Positions 35,226 to 43,715 of a stretch of 64,000 nucleotides of DNA are shown here, in pieces. The DNA lies in the NCBI GenBank assembly GCA_963757355.1, contig CAVWRG010000003.1, positions 261,120 through 325,119 of the forward strand. Direction: 5' to 3'. The notes under the pieces were generated by a model, which saw only the letters and a list, made by a program, of their open reading frames with translations, was not told the origin of the DNA and did no database searches. The DNA comes from an uncultured Acidobacteriota bacterium. GTDB taxonomy: Bacteria; Acidobacteriota; Vicinamibacteria; Vicinamibacterales; CAVVIG01. The position numbers and the translations under genes are program-made. The first letter of the stretch is position 1. Every line of letters begins with the position of its first letter.

Positions 35226-37832
35226 ATGTTCTTCCGTGATCTTCGCTATGCCTGGCGCGGGCTGACGCGCTCTCCCATCTTCACCATCGTCGCGCTGCTG
35301 TCGATCGCGCTGGGGATCGGCGCCAACACCGCGATCTTCACGCTCGTCAACGAGGTGCTCCTGCAATCGCTGCCAGTGAAGCATCCGGAGCAGCTCGTCC
35401 TGTTTACCGGACCGCGGAATCACTACGGCAACAATTCGGGCGGGAACATGCTGTCGTTCCCGATGTACGAGGACTTCCGCGACAGCTTCGTCGATCGAGG
35501 CGGCGCCGCGGCGCTGCCGCGCGTCAGTCTGCCGGTCGTCGATCAGCAGACCGCCGGCGTGCCGCCGCTCTTCTCCGGCATGTTTGCGCGCCGAACGGTC
35601 GCGATGAACGTCGGCGTGAACGGTCAGACCGAGCGCGTGCCAGGCGAGCTGGTCTCCGGCACGTACTTTCAGATGCTGGGCGTCGGCGCCGCAGCCGGCC
35701 GGCTGATTGCGCCGGAGGACGACAGGGCGCGCGGCGGGTCGATGGTCGCGGTGCTGAGCTACGACTACTGGCGCAATCGCTTCGGCGGCGACCCCGCGAT
35801 CGTGGGCCGCACGCTGACGATCAACAACTACCCGTTCGTCGTCATCGGCGTTTCGCAGCGCGGCTTCGACGGCGTCGATATCGGCTACGTCCCAAGCGTG
35901 CGCGTGCCGATCATGATGAAGGCGCAGATCACGCCCAACTGGGACGACATGGACAACCGGCGCAGCCGCTGGGTCAATGTGTTCGCCCGACGGAAGCCGG
36001 GGATCTCGCTCGAGCAGGTCAAGGCGGGCTTGCAGCCGTTCTTCCACAGCCTGCTCGAAGAGGAAGTCCGGCAGCCCGCATTCCGCAATGCGTCGGCTGA
36101 AATGCGCGACCGCTTCCTGAAGGGACAGCTCGACGTGCTGCCCGCCGCGCAGGGACGATCGCCGATTCGCCAGCAGCTGTCGCAGCCGCTCTGGCTGCTG
36201 ATGGGCATCGTCGCGGGCGTGCTCCTGATCGCGTGCGCGAATGTCGCGAGCCTCCTCATTGCACGGGCCGCGGCGCGCCAGAAGGAGATCGGCGTTCGCC
36301 TGGCGCTCGGCGCGAGCCGCTCGCGGATCGTCAGGCAACTGCTCGTGGAGAGCGTGCTCCTCGCCGCGCTCGGCGGGCTGCTGGGCCTCGTCGTGTCGGC
36401 GTGGACCACGAAGTCGCTGCTCGGATTCCTGCCGACCTCCGACACACCACACGTCATCTCCGGTGCGCTCGACACGCGCATGCTGCTGTTCAACTTCGCG
36501 CTGTCGCTGGTCACCGGTCTGTTGTTCGGGCTCGTGCCGGCGCTCAGATCGACGAAGCCGAGCCTCGCGCCGACGCTGAAAGATCAGGTGGGCGCCGTGA
36601 TCGGCGGCGGCGCCGGCGTGCGGGTCCGCAAGGCGCTGGTGATTGCGCAGGTCACGGTGTCCGTGCTGCTGCTGATCGGCGCCGGGTTGTTCATCCGCAG
36701 CCTGCGCAACCTGCGGATGCTCGATCTCGGCCTGAAGACCGAAAACCTCATCGCGTTCAATCTGTCGCCGACGTTGAGCGGGTACACACCGCTGCGCACG
36801 AAACAGTTCACCAAGCAAATTACCGAGCGGATCCGGACCGCCCCTGGCGTCGTCGCCGCGGCCTTTGCCAATATCGGCCTGCTCGAAGGCAACGAGTGGG
36901 ACAGCTGGATCACCGTCGACGGCTACACGCCAAAGGCGGGTGAAGTGCCCGATCCGTACTGCAATGCCGTGAGCCCGGGATATTTCGCCGCCATGGGCAT
37001 TCCGTTGCTGCGCGGGCGGGATTTCGACTCGCGCGATGAGCGATACGACCCGCCGCGCGATCAGGACTCGAACGCACCGCCGCCGTACCGCGTCGCGATC
37101 GTGAACGAAAGCTGGGTCAAGCATTACTTCGGCGATCGCGATCCGATCGGACGGCATTTCGGCTTTGGAATCGACCCGGGCACCACGACACCGATTGAGG
37201 TGATCGGCGTGGTCAAGGACGCGAAGTACACAGGCGTGCGCGACGAGATTCCCGAGCAAGTCTTCGTCCCGTTTCTCGAGAACGATTTCGCCGGCGGCTC
37301 AGTGGTGTATGTCCGGACCACGGCGGAACCAAGTGTGGCGTACGGCGCCATCCGGCAGGTCGTGCGCGCGATCGATGCGAACGTGCCGGTTTACAATCTG
37401 CGAACGCTCGAGCATCAGATCGATCAGTCGCTGTTGAACGACAGGTTGATTGCGACGTTGTCCACGGCGTTCGGCGTGCTGGCGACGCTGCTGGCGGTGA
37501 TTGGTCTCTACGGCGTGATGGCGTACACCGTGGCGCGGCGCACTCGCGAAATCGGTGTCCGCATGGCGCTCGGCGCGGTGCCCGGCCACGTCGTCTGGCT
37601 GGTGATGCGCGAGGTGCTGGTGCTCGTCGGCAGCGGCATCGCGCTCGGTCTCGCCGCAGCGTTCGGCCTGAGCCGGTTGATCACGAGTCAGCTGTACGGC
37701 CTCACACCCAATGATCCGCTGACCATTGCCGGCGCAGCCGCCATCCTCGGCGTCGTCGCGCTGCTGGCGGGCTACATCCCGGCGCGACGCGCGACGCGCG
37801 TCGATCCGACCCTGGCGCTGCGATACGAATGA
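35226..37832 (+). CDS. duplicated MacB-like ABC transporter permease (ADOP family)
   Basis: ATG 35226 gives MFFRDLRYAWRGLTRSPIFT. Two MacB_PCD/FtsX halves each end in an FtsX motif (REIGVRMALGA...). About 868 aa. Confidence 0.9.
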   Translation: MFFRDLRYAWRGLTRSPIFTIVALLSIALGIGANTAIFTLVNEVLLQSLPVKHPEQLVLFTGPRNHYGNNSGGNMLSFPMYEDFRDSFVDRGGAAALPRVSLPVVDQQTAGVPPLFSGMFARRTVAMNVGVNGQTERVPGELVSGTYFQMLGVGAAAGRLIAPEDDRARGGSMVAVLSYDYWRNRFGGDPAIVGRTLTINNYPFVVIGVSQRGFDGVDIGYVPSVRVPIMMKAQITPNWDDMDNRRSRWVNVFARRKPGISLEQVKAGLQPFFHSLLEEEVRQPAFRNASAEMRDRFLKGQLDVLPAAQGRSPIRQQLSQPLWLLMGIVAGVLLIACANVASLLIARAAARQKEIGVRLALGASRSRIVRQLLVESVLLAALGGLLGLVVSAWTTKSLLGFLPTSDTPHVISGALDTRMLLFNFALSLVTGLLFGLVPALRSTKPSLAPTLKDQVGAVIGGGAGVRVRKALVIAQVTVSVLLLIGAGLFIRSLRNLRMLDLGLKTENLIAFNLSPTLSGYTPLRTKQFTKQITERIRTAPGVVAAAFANIGLLEGNEWDSWITVDGYTPKAGEVPDPYCNAVSPGYFAAMGIPLLRGRDFDSRDERYDPPRDQDSNAPPPYRVAIVNESWVKHYFGDRDPIGRHFGFGIDPGTTTPIEVIGVVKDAKYTGVRDEIPEQVFVPFLENDFAGGSVVYVRTTAEPSVAYGAIRQVVRAIDANVPVYNLRTLEHQIDQSLLNDRLIATLSTAFGVLATLLAVIGLYGVMAYTVARRTREIGVRMALGAVPGHVVWLVMREVLVLVGSGIALGLAAAFGLSRLITSQLYGLTPNDPLTIAGAAAILGVVALLAGYIPARRATRVDPTLALRYE

Positions 37833-37838
37833 CCGGCG

Positions 37839-38040
37839 GCAGGTCTAAAGACCTGCGCCACGAATGAGTGCGGGCAAAGACCTGCGCCACGAATGAGTGT
37901 GGGCGTAGCATGACTTCAGGCCCGTCAATGTCGTGGCCGTAGCGCAGGGACCTCAGGCCCGCCAAGCCGTGGGCGTAGCGCGGGACCTCAGGCCCGCCAA
38001 GCCGTGGGCGTAGCGCGGGACTTTAGTCCCGCCTGACGCC
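37839..38040. repeat. array of six REP-like hairpin units (about 31-36 nt each)
   Basis: The units are built on G(C/T)AGCGC(A/G)GGNC-TNNAG-GNCC(C/T)GC hairpins, e.g. gcaggtctaaagacctgc at 37839-37856 and gcgggactttagtcccgc at 38015-38032. The core matches the repeats flanking the RAYT gene at 60.5-61.2 kb. Confidence 0.85.
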
Positions 38041-38158
38041 GCTGACGCGCGAGTGACCTCGCGCCCCGCCATCGAGCGCCCGCCCGAAGCCGGGGATCGA
38101 CAGGGCTGTCGGTCGCAGTCGACACGGCCGATAAGGAATCAGGTCACTCCGTGTTCTC

Positions 38159-40039
38159 TTGCCTTTCGCGAAAATGTCGTCGCCGGAGCCGTCGCCGTTC
38201 CTGATGGTTTTTCATTTCATCACGCCGAGCCGGTCGCGGATCTGGCAGCTGGCGATCGCCGCCGGCAGCATGACGTGCGCGCTCGTGTTGACTCATACAT
38301 TCTGGCGGTTCCTTCAGCAGACGCCGTTTCTCTTGTGCTTCGGTGCGGCGATGCTGAGCACCCGCCTGGGTGGACGAGCGAGCGGATTTTTGGCGGTCAC
38401 CTTCGGCGTTCTCGGATGCCTGTGGGTGCCACTGCCGCTGCCGGCTGAAGGGCGCACGGGGCTCCTGTTCGGTTTCGTTGCCGTCTCTGGCGCCGGTAGT
38501 TGGCTTGTCGCGCGTCGATACGAGATCGAGGCGGACCTGCGCGCCAACCAACGGCGCCTGCATGCGGTCGTCTCGAGCCTTCCCGTCGTTGTGTGGGTGA
38601 TCGACCGTGACGGACGTGTCACGCTCGCCGAGGGCAGCGGACTCGAAATGATGGATCTGAAACCGCGCGAGCTGGTTGGGCGCTCGGTGTTCGAGTTATA
38701 TCGAGACGTCCCGGAGGTCATCGCGAACACCCAGCGCGCACTGGATGGCGGAACGTTCACGGCGGCGGTGACACTGGGCGAGCTCGTTGTGGAAACATGG
38801 TTTTCGCCACTTCGTGACCACCAAGGTATCGTGACGGGGGCCCTCGGCGTTTCTCTGGACGTCACCACCCGCCGTCGATTGGAACAGCAGTATCTCCAGG
38901 CGCAAAAAATGGAGGCCGTCGGGCAGCTGGCAGCTGGCGTCGCGCACGATTTCAACAATCTCCTGGTCGCGATCGGAGGCTACGCCGAGTTGGTCATGGG
39001 GACGCTGGACGCGACCGACACGCGATACGCGGACCTGCTGGAGGTCCGCAAAGCCTCTGAACGCGCCGCCGTCCTCACGCGGCAACTCCTTGCCTTCAGC
39101 AGACGGCAGCCGGTGCATCTCAAGGTGCTCGATTTGAACCTCCTGGTCGGGAATGTCCAGAAGTTGTTACGACGGACGCTTCGTGAAGACATCGACCTCG
39201 TGCTCAGTTTGGATGCGGTCGTCGAGCCGATACGAGCAGACCCGACGGACCTCGAGCACGTGCTGCTGAATCTCGCCGTGAATGCTCGGGATGCGATGCC
39301 TGGCGGCGGTCAGCTTCGTTTTGCGACCGGGAACGTCGATGTCGATGAAGCCCTCACGGCCCGGTTGCCGTCCATGCCCACAGGGCGCTACGTCCGGCTG
39401 ACCGTGACTGACACAGGAACGGGCATGACGCCCGAGGTGCAGGCGCGAATCTTCGAACCGTTTTTCACGACGAAGGATCACAGCCAGGGAACGGGCCTCG
39501 GCCTGGCGACCGCCTACGGGATCGTCAAGCAAAGCGGCGGATTCATCTGGGTGACCAGTCGACCCGGACACGGCACCAGCTTCGAGATCTATTTCCCGGC
39601 CGTGCACGAAGCCATCGAACGACCGGATGACACTGAAGATGTCGGGCCAATGAGCGGAGGGTCCGAGACGATCGTGTTGGCGGAGGACGATGGAGCCGTT
39701 CGCCGGCTGGCGAGCGAAGTGTTGAAGCGATGGGGTTATACAGTGCTGGATGCACGCGACGGAGATGAAGCGTTGGCTGTCGCGCGATCACATGGCGGCA
39801 TCATTCACCTGCTCATCACGGATGCGGTGATGCCCGGGCTCGGTGGTCGGGCGCTGGCGGGGAAGCTCACGGAAGATCATCCCTTCGTGCGCGTGCTGTA
39901 CACCAGCGGTTACGCGATGGATGTCATGCTTCGCGCCGGCATCGAAGAACGTGTGCCGTTCCTCCCAAAGCCCTTTCTGCCGCTGGACCTCGTCCGCATG
40001 GTTCGTGAAGTTCTGGACGCGCCAACTCGGGTCAACTGA
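38159..40039 (+). CDS. hybrid sensor histidine kinase (membrane N-terminus, PAS, HisKA, HATPase, receiver)
   Basis: H-box GVAHDFNNLL, N-box LNLAVNARDAM, G-boxes DTGTGM and GTGLGL, and a receiver domain (ETIVLAEDD...LLITDAVMPG...K). The start is TTG 38159 or ATG 38174. Confidence 0.9.
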   Translation: MPFAKMSSPEPSPFLMVFHFITPSRSRIWQLAIAAGSMTCALVLTHTFWRFLQQTPFLLCFGAAMLSTRLGGRASGFLAVTFGVLGCLWVPLPLPAEGRTGLLFGFVAVSGAGSWLVARRYEIEADLRANQRRLHAVVSSLPVVVWVIDRDGRVTLAEGSGLEMMDLKPRELVGRSVFELYRDVPEVIANTQRALDGGTFTAAVTLGELVVETWFSPLRDHQGIVTGALGVSLDVTTRRRLEQQYLQAQKMEAVGQLAAGVAHDFNNLLVAIGGYAELVMGTLDATDTRYADLLEVRKASERAAVLTRQLLAFSRRQPVHLKVLDLNLLVGNVQKLLRRTLREDIDLVLSLDAVVEPIRADPTDLEHVLLNLAVNARDAMPGGGQLRFATGNVDVDEALTARLPSMPTGRYVRLTVTDTGTGMTPEVQARIFEPFFTTKDHSQGTGLGLATAYGIVKQSGGFIWVTSRPGHGTSFEIYFPAVHEAIERPDDTEDVGPMSGGSETIVLAEDDGAVRRLASEVLKRWGYTVLDARDGDEALAVARSHGGIIHLLITDAVMPGLGGRALAGKLTEDHPFVRVLYTSGYAMDVMLRAGIEERVPFLPKPFLPLDLVRMVREVLDAPTRVN

Positions 40040-40673
40040 CGCTGGCAGGTTCAGTCAGGTACTGACGCAGGGTCAAGTTGAAGCGTCCGGTGAGACCGAG
40101 CTCCGCTGGCGCCGTGCCTGGAAGGATGCGTGTCACGCCGTGATAGCGCAAGCGGGCCGGGCCGCCGAACACGAACGCATCGCCCGATTCGAGCAGGTAC
40201 GGCGTCACGGCCTCGCGCCGCTTCAGCCCACCGAACAAAAAGCGCGCCGTATCGCCGAGCGAGATGGACACGACCGGGATGCCCGCCGCAAGCGATGCGG
40301 CGCCTTCGTCCTTGTCCTGGTGCAGTCCCATCCGGCCGTCGGCATCGTAGTAATTGAGGATGCAAAGATCGGCGTCGAGCGCCATGCCGGCCGACGAGGC
40401 GATCTCGCGCGCCAGCCGCCGAAATTCATCAGGCAGCGGCGGGGCCGGGAGTCCGTCGAAATCCGACCGGACCGGCTCGTACGAATAGGTCTGCCCGTTC
40501 CAATGGCGCCCGAGACAGAGCATTCGCACGTGCATCTGTCCGCCGCCGCGCACGGTCGGCACATACGCCGGCACTTCACCGTCCACCAATGACCGACACT
40601 GCGCGACCAGGTCGCGCTGTTGATCCAGCGTGAGGCAGCGGCTGAAATGAAACGCCCCCGGCGCGATTTCCAC
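40032..40673 (-). CDS. alkB: alpha-ketoglutarate-dependent dioxygenase AlkB
   Basis: NYYDADGRMGLHQDKDE (HxD), VSISLG and RLRYHGV motifs. Confidence 0.88.
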   Translation of the reverse strand: MEIAPGAFHFSRCLTLDQQRDLVAQCRSLVDGEVPAYVPTVRGGGQMHVRMLCLGRHWNGQTYSYEPVRSDFDGLPAPPLPDEFRRLAREIASSAGMALDADLCILNYYDADGRMGLHQDKDEGAASLAAGIPVVSISLGDTARFLFGGLKRREAVTPYLLESGDAFVFGGPARLRYHGVTRILPGTAPAELGLTGRFNLTLRQYLTEPASVS

Positions 40674-40698
40674 AGTCGTACGTTACCATTGGCGCGCC

Positions 40699-41772
40699 AT
40701 GCTGCGGATGAGGATCAGGCTGTTCTGCGTGGTGCTGATCGTGTGCGCATTCGCCGCGCCCGCCTTCGCGCATCCAGTGCCGTTCAGTTATCTCGATCTG
40801 CGTCTCGGGTCCGGCGAGATCGACGGTACGCTCGTCGCCCACATCTTCGATGCCGCGCACGAGCTGAACATCGATCCGCCCGAGCGGCTGCTCGACCCGT
40901 CAACGGCGGTGGCGCAGGCGGCAGCCCTCGAACGGTTACTCGCGCCGCGACTCCAGGTGTCGGCTGACGGCCGATCGCTGTCGCCGGAATGGTCCGGCAT
41001 CGAGGTCATCCCCGATCGTCAGTCGATTCGCCTGCGCCTGAAGTATCGTCTCGACCGATCGCCCGGCACCGTGACCGTGACGGCGGCGCTGTTTCCGTAC
41101 GATCCCAGTCATCAGACGTTCCTCAACATCTATGAGCGCGACACGCTGGCGTCGCAATCGATTCTCGACGGGGGACGCCCGCGGTTCGAGTACTTCGCCG
41201 GCACGCGCCAGGGCACATGGGCCGTCATTCAGAAGTTCGTGCCGGCGGGCATTCACCACATTCTGATCGGTCCCGATCACCTGCTGTTTCTCGTCGGCCT
41301 CCTGCTGCTCGGCGGCACCATCCGGCAGCTCGCCGTCGTCGTGACCTCGTTCACTGTCGCCCACAGCATCACGCTGTCGCTTGCCGCGCTGAATCTCGTC
41401 AGCCCGCCTGCGCGCGTCATCGAACCGGCGATCGCGCTCAGCATCGTCTATGTCGGCGCGGACAATCTGCTCGTGCGCAATGGCCGCGACGTGCGCGCCT
41501 GGATTGCCTTCGCGTTCGGCTTCATCCATGGCTTCGGGTTCGCCAACGTGCTGCGCGAAATGGATCTGCCGACCCGCGCGCTTGGCTGGTCGTTGTTCTC
41601 GTTCAACGTGGGCGTCGAGATCGGGCAGCTTCTGGTCGTCGCGCTCGTGGCGACGGCGTTCGCGGCCGTGCGATCGCGCAGCGCGGTGGCCGGACAGCGC
41701 CTCGCCTTCGCCGGCTCGCTCGTCGTCATCGCCGCCGGGGCGTTCTGGTTCGTTCAGCGGGTGTTCACCTGA
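40699..41772 (+). CDS. HupE/UreJ-family membrane protein with N-terminal periplasmic domain
   Basis: Signal peptide; C-terminal TM bundle with GIHHILIGPDHLLFLV, FTVAHSITL and GFIHGFGFA. Confidence 0.8.
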   Translation: MLRMRIRLFCVVLIVCAFAAPAFAHPVPFSYLDLRLGSGEIDGTLVAHIFDAAHELNIDPPERLLDPSTAVAQAAALERLLAPRLQVSADGRSLSPEWSGIEVIPDRQSIRLRLKYRLDRSPGTVTVTAALFPYDPSHQTFLNIYERDTLASQSILDGGRPRFEYFAGTRQGTWAVIQKFVPAGIHHILIGPDHLLFLVGLLLLGGTIRQLAVVVTSFTVAHSITLSLAALNLVSPPARVIEPAIALSIVYVGADNLLVRNGRDVRAWIAFAFGFIHGFGFANVLREMDLPTRALGWSLFSFNVGVEIGQLLVVALVATAFAAVRSRSAVAGQRLAFAGSLVVIAAGAFWFVQRVFT

Positions 41773-41773
41773 A

Positions 41774-41829
41774 ATTTCAGATTTCAGATTTCAGATTTCA
41801 GATTGCAGAGTGCAGAGTGCAGATTGGAG
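41774..41829 (+). repeat. eight tandem heptamers (ATTTCAG x4, ATTGCAG, AGTGCAG x2, ATTGGAG) ending at the RBS of the MBL gene
   Basis: Exact 7-nt register from 41774 to 41829. The last unit supplies GGAG 8 nt before ATG 41838. A short copy (atttcag ctttcag atggagg) lies at 42758-42778 before the paralog. Confidence 0.85.
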
Positions 41830-41837
41830 TGGCAGCG

Positions 41838-42755
41838 ATGACACGTGGAATCGCCTTGGGCGTCTTGATGGGGTTTGGCGCGTTGCCGATGGCAGTCAGC
41901 GCCCTTCAGGCGCCCTCGCCTGGAGCGTTGTCGCAGGCGGCGCTGGACGCGACGAAGATCGAAAAAGTCAAGGACAACCTGTACATCATCACCGGATCGA
42001 ACCCGACGAACCGCGACGCGTTCAGCGGCGGCAACACGGCGGTGTTCATCACCGACGCCGGCGTCACGATTGTCGACACGAAGCTGGCCGGCTGGGGACA
42101 GGTGATTCTCGACAAGATCCACACGGTGACGAACAAGCCGGTGACGCGCATCATCAACACGCACACGCACGGCGATCACACCGGGAGCAACAGCTTCTTC
42201 GGCACGACCGTCGATGTCGTCACCCAGGAGAACACCGCCGCGAACATGGCGAAGATGGACGCGTTCAAGGGCGACAACGCCAAGTTCGTGCCGAAGACGG
42301 TCTTCAAGGACACGATGACGCTCGGCAGCGGCAAGGATCGGATCGACCTGCATTATTTCGGCCGCGGCCACACGAACGGCGACACGTGGGTGGTATTCCC
42401 CGCGTTGCGTGTCATGCACACGGGCGACATGTTCGCCTGGAAGGACGCCCCGACGCTGGACGCCGCCAACGGCGGCAGCGGCGTCGAATACGCGGCGACG
42501 ATCGGCAAGGCGCTTGCGACCGTCACCAATGTCGATACGCTGATTGTCGGCCACAGCCCGCTCAGGACGGTGCCCGAGCTGCGCGAATATCAACAGTTCA
42601 TGACCGACTTCGTCGCCGCGGTTCGCGCGGCTAAGACCGCAGGCAAGAGCGTCGACGAGGCGACCGCATCGATCAACCTGAACGAGAAGTACAAGGGGTA
42701 CGAGAACCAGCGTTACAAGGCGGCAATACAGGTCATCTACAACGAGCTTCGCTGA
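41838..42755 (+). CDS. secreted MBL-fold metallo-hydrolase
   Basis: ATG 41838 gives MTRGIALGVLMGFGALPMAVSA (signal peptide). NTHTHGDHTGSN (HxHxDH) and GHTNGDTWV. The upstream part of the 512-aa track ORF overlaps hupE out of frame. Confidence 0.85.
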   Translation: MTRGIALGVLMGFGALPMAVSALQAPSPGALSQAALDATKIEKVKDNLYIITGSNPTNRDAFSGGNTAVFITDAGVTIVDTKLAGWGQVILDKIHTVTNKPVTRIINTHTHGDHTGSNSFFGTTVDVVTQENTAANMAKMDAFKGDNAKFVPKTVFKDTMTLGSGKDRIDLHYFGRGHTNGDTWVVFPALRVMHTGDMFAWKDAPTLDAANGGSGVEYAATIGKALATVTNVDTLIVGHSPLRTVPELREYQQFMTDFVAAVRAAKTAGKSVDEATASINLNEKYKGYENQRYKAAIQVIYNELR

Positions 42756-42782
42756 GCATTTCAGCTTTCAGATGGAGGAGCG

Positions 42783-43675
42783 ATGAAACGTGGAATCGTG
42801 TTGGGTGCGCTGATCGCGATCGGCGCACTTTCCCTCGGCGCGAGGGCGTATCAACAGCCGTCAGGTCCGAAAGTGATCGAGGTCGACAAGGTCAAGGACA
42901 ACCTGTACGTGCTGAAGGGCGGCGGCGGCAACACGGCCGTGTTCGTCGGCGCCAACGGCGTCACCGTGGTGGACGCGAAGAACCCGGGATGGGGCCAGCC
43001 GATCCTCGACAAGATCAAAGAGCTGACGCCGAAGCCGGTGACGATGCTGATCAACACCCACACACATGGCGACCACGTGAGCGGCAACGTGGAGTTCCCG
43101 GCGACGATCGACATCATCGTCCAGGAGAACACGAAAACGAACATGGAGAAGATGGACATCTTCAAGCAGAACAGCGGCAAGGGTCTGCCGAAGCGGACGT
43201 TCAAGGACAAGATGACGGTCGGCAAAGGCGCCGAGCAGATCGACCTCTACTACTTCGGACCAGGGCACACGAACGGCGACGCGTGGGTCGTGTTCCCGGC
43301 GCTGCGCGCGATGCATGCCGGCGACATGTTCGCCAGCAAAGGCATTCCCACGGTCGATGGCGACAACGGCGGCAGCATGCTGCACTACGCGGAGACGCTC
43401 ACGAAGGCCATCAACGGCATCAAGAACGTGGACACCATCATCAACGGCCACTCGAACGCGACGACAACGTGGGCCGATCTAGGCAGTACGCCGACTTCAA
43501 CAAGGAGTTCATCGCCTGGGCGCAGGCGGAGCTGAAGGACGGCAAGACGCCTGAGCAGGCCGCGGCGGATTGGAAGCTGCCGGCAAAATATCAGGGGTAC
43601 TCGCCGACCGTCGGCGCGATTTTCGGCGGCTTGACGGGGCGCATCCAGCGGCTCGCGGACGAGATGAAGAAGTAG
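42783..43675 (+). pseudogene. MBL-fold metallo-hydrolase paralog with a 1-nt frameshift near 43481
   Basis: Frame 1 reads ...INGHSNATTTWADL, then nonsense to 43535. The -1 frame from 43481 reads RQYADFNKEFIAWAQAELKDGKTPEQA..KYQGY, which aligns with the C-terminus of the upstream paralog (LREYQQFMTDFVAAVRAAKTAGKSVDEA..KYKGY). Confidence 0.7.
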
Positions 43676-43681
43676 TTCGAG

Positions 43682-43708
43682 CAGGGCGGACCCCGGTGGT
43701 CCGCCCTG
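43682..43708. terminator. bidirectional GC-rich hairpin between convergent genes
   Basis: 11-bp perfect stem cagggcggacc/ggtccgccctg with a 5-nt loop, lying between the stops at 43675 (+) and 43716 (-). No clear U-tract. Confidence 0.5.
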
Positions 43709-43715
43709 CGCCGGC

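Noticed and set aside
35190-37259. 689-aa minus-strand ORF
   Set aside because: It is antisense to the ADOP permease, whose FtsX/MacB motifs are clear on the plus strand.
37839-38040. Possible CRISPR array (regular repeats of about 35 nt); the same question arises at 60465-60556
   Set aside because: The units are contiguous palindromic hairpins with no unique spacers between them, and no cas genes are present. They match the REPs flanking a RAYT gene.
41217-41837. N-terminal extension of the MBL ORF (512 aa in the track)
   Set aside because: It overlaps the hupE-like gene out of frame and reads through the heptamer array. The signal peptide begins at ATG 41838, which has an RBS.
43476-43484. 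Programmed -1 ribosomal frameshift in the MBL paralog
   Set aside because: There is no slippery X-XXY-YYZ heptamer and no obvious downstream pseudoknot. A 1-nt deletion or a sequencing error is simpler.
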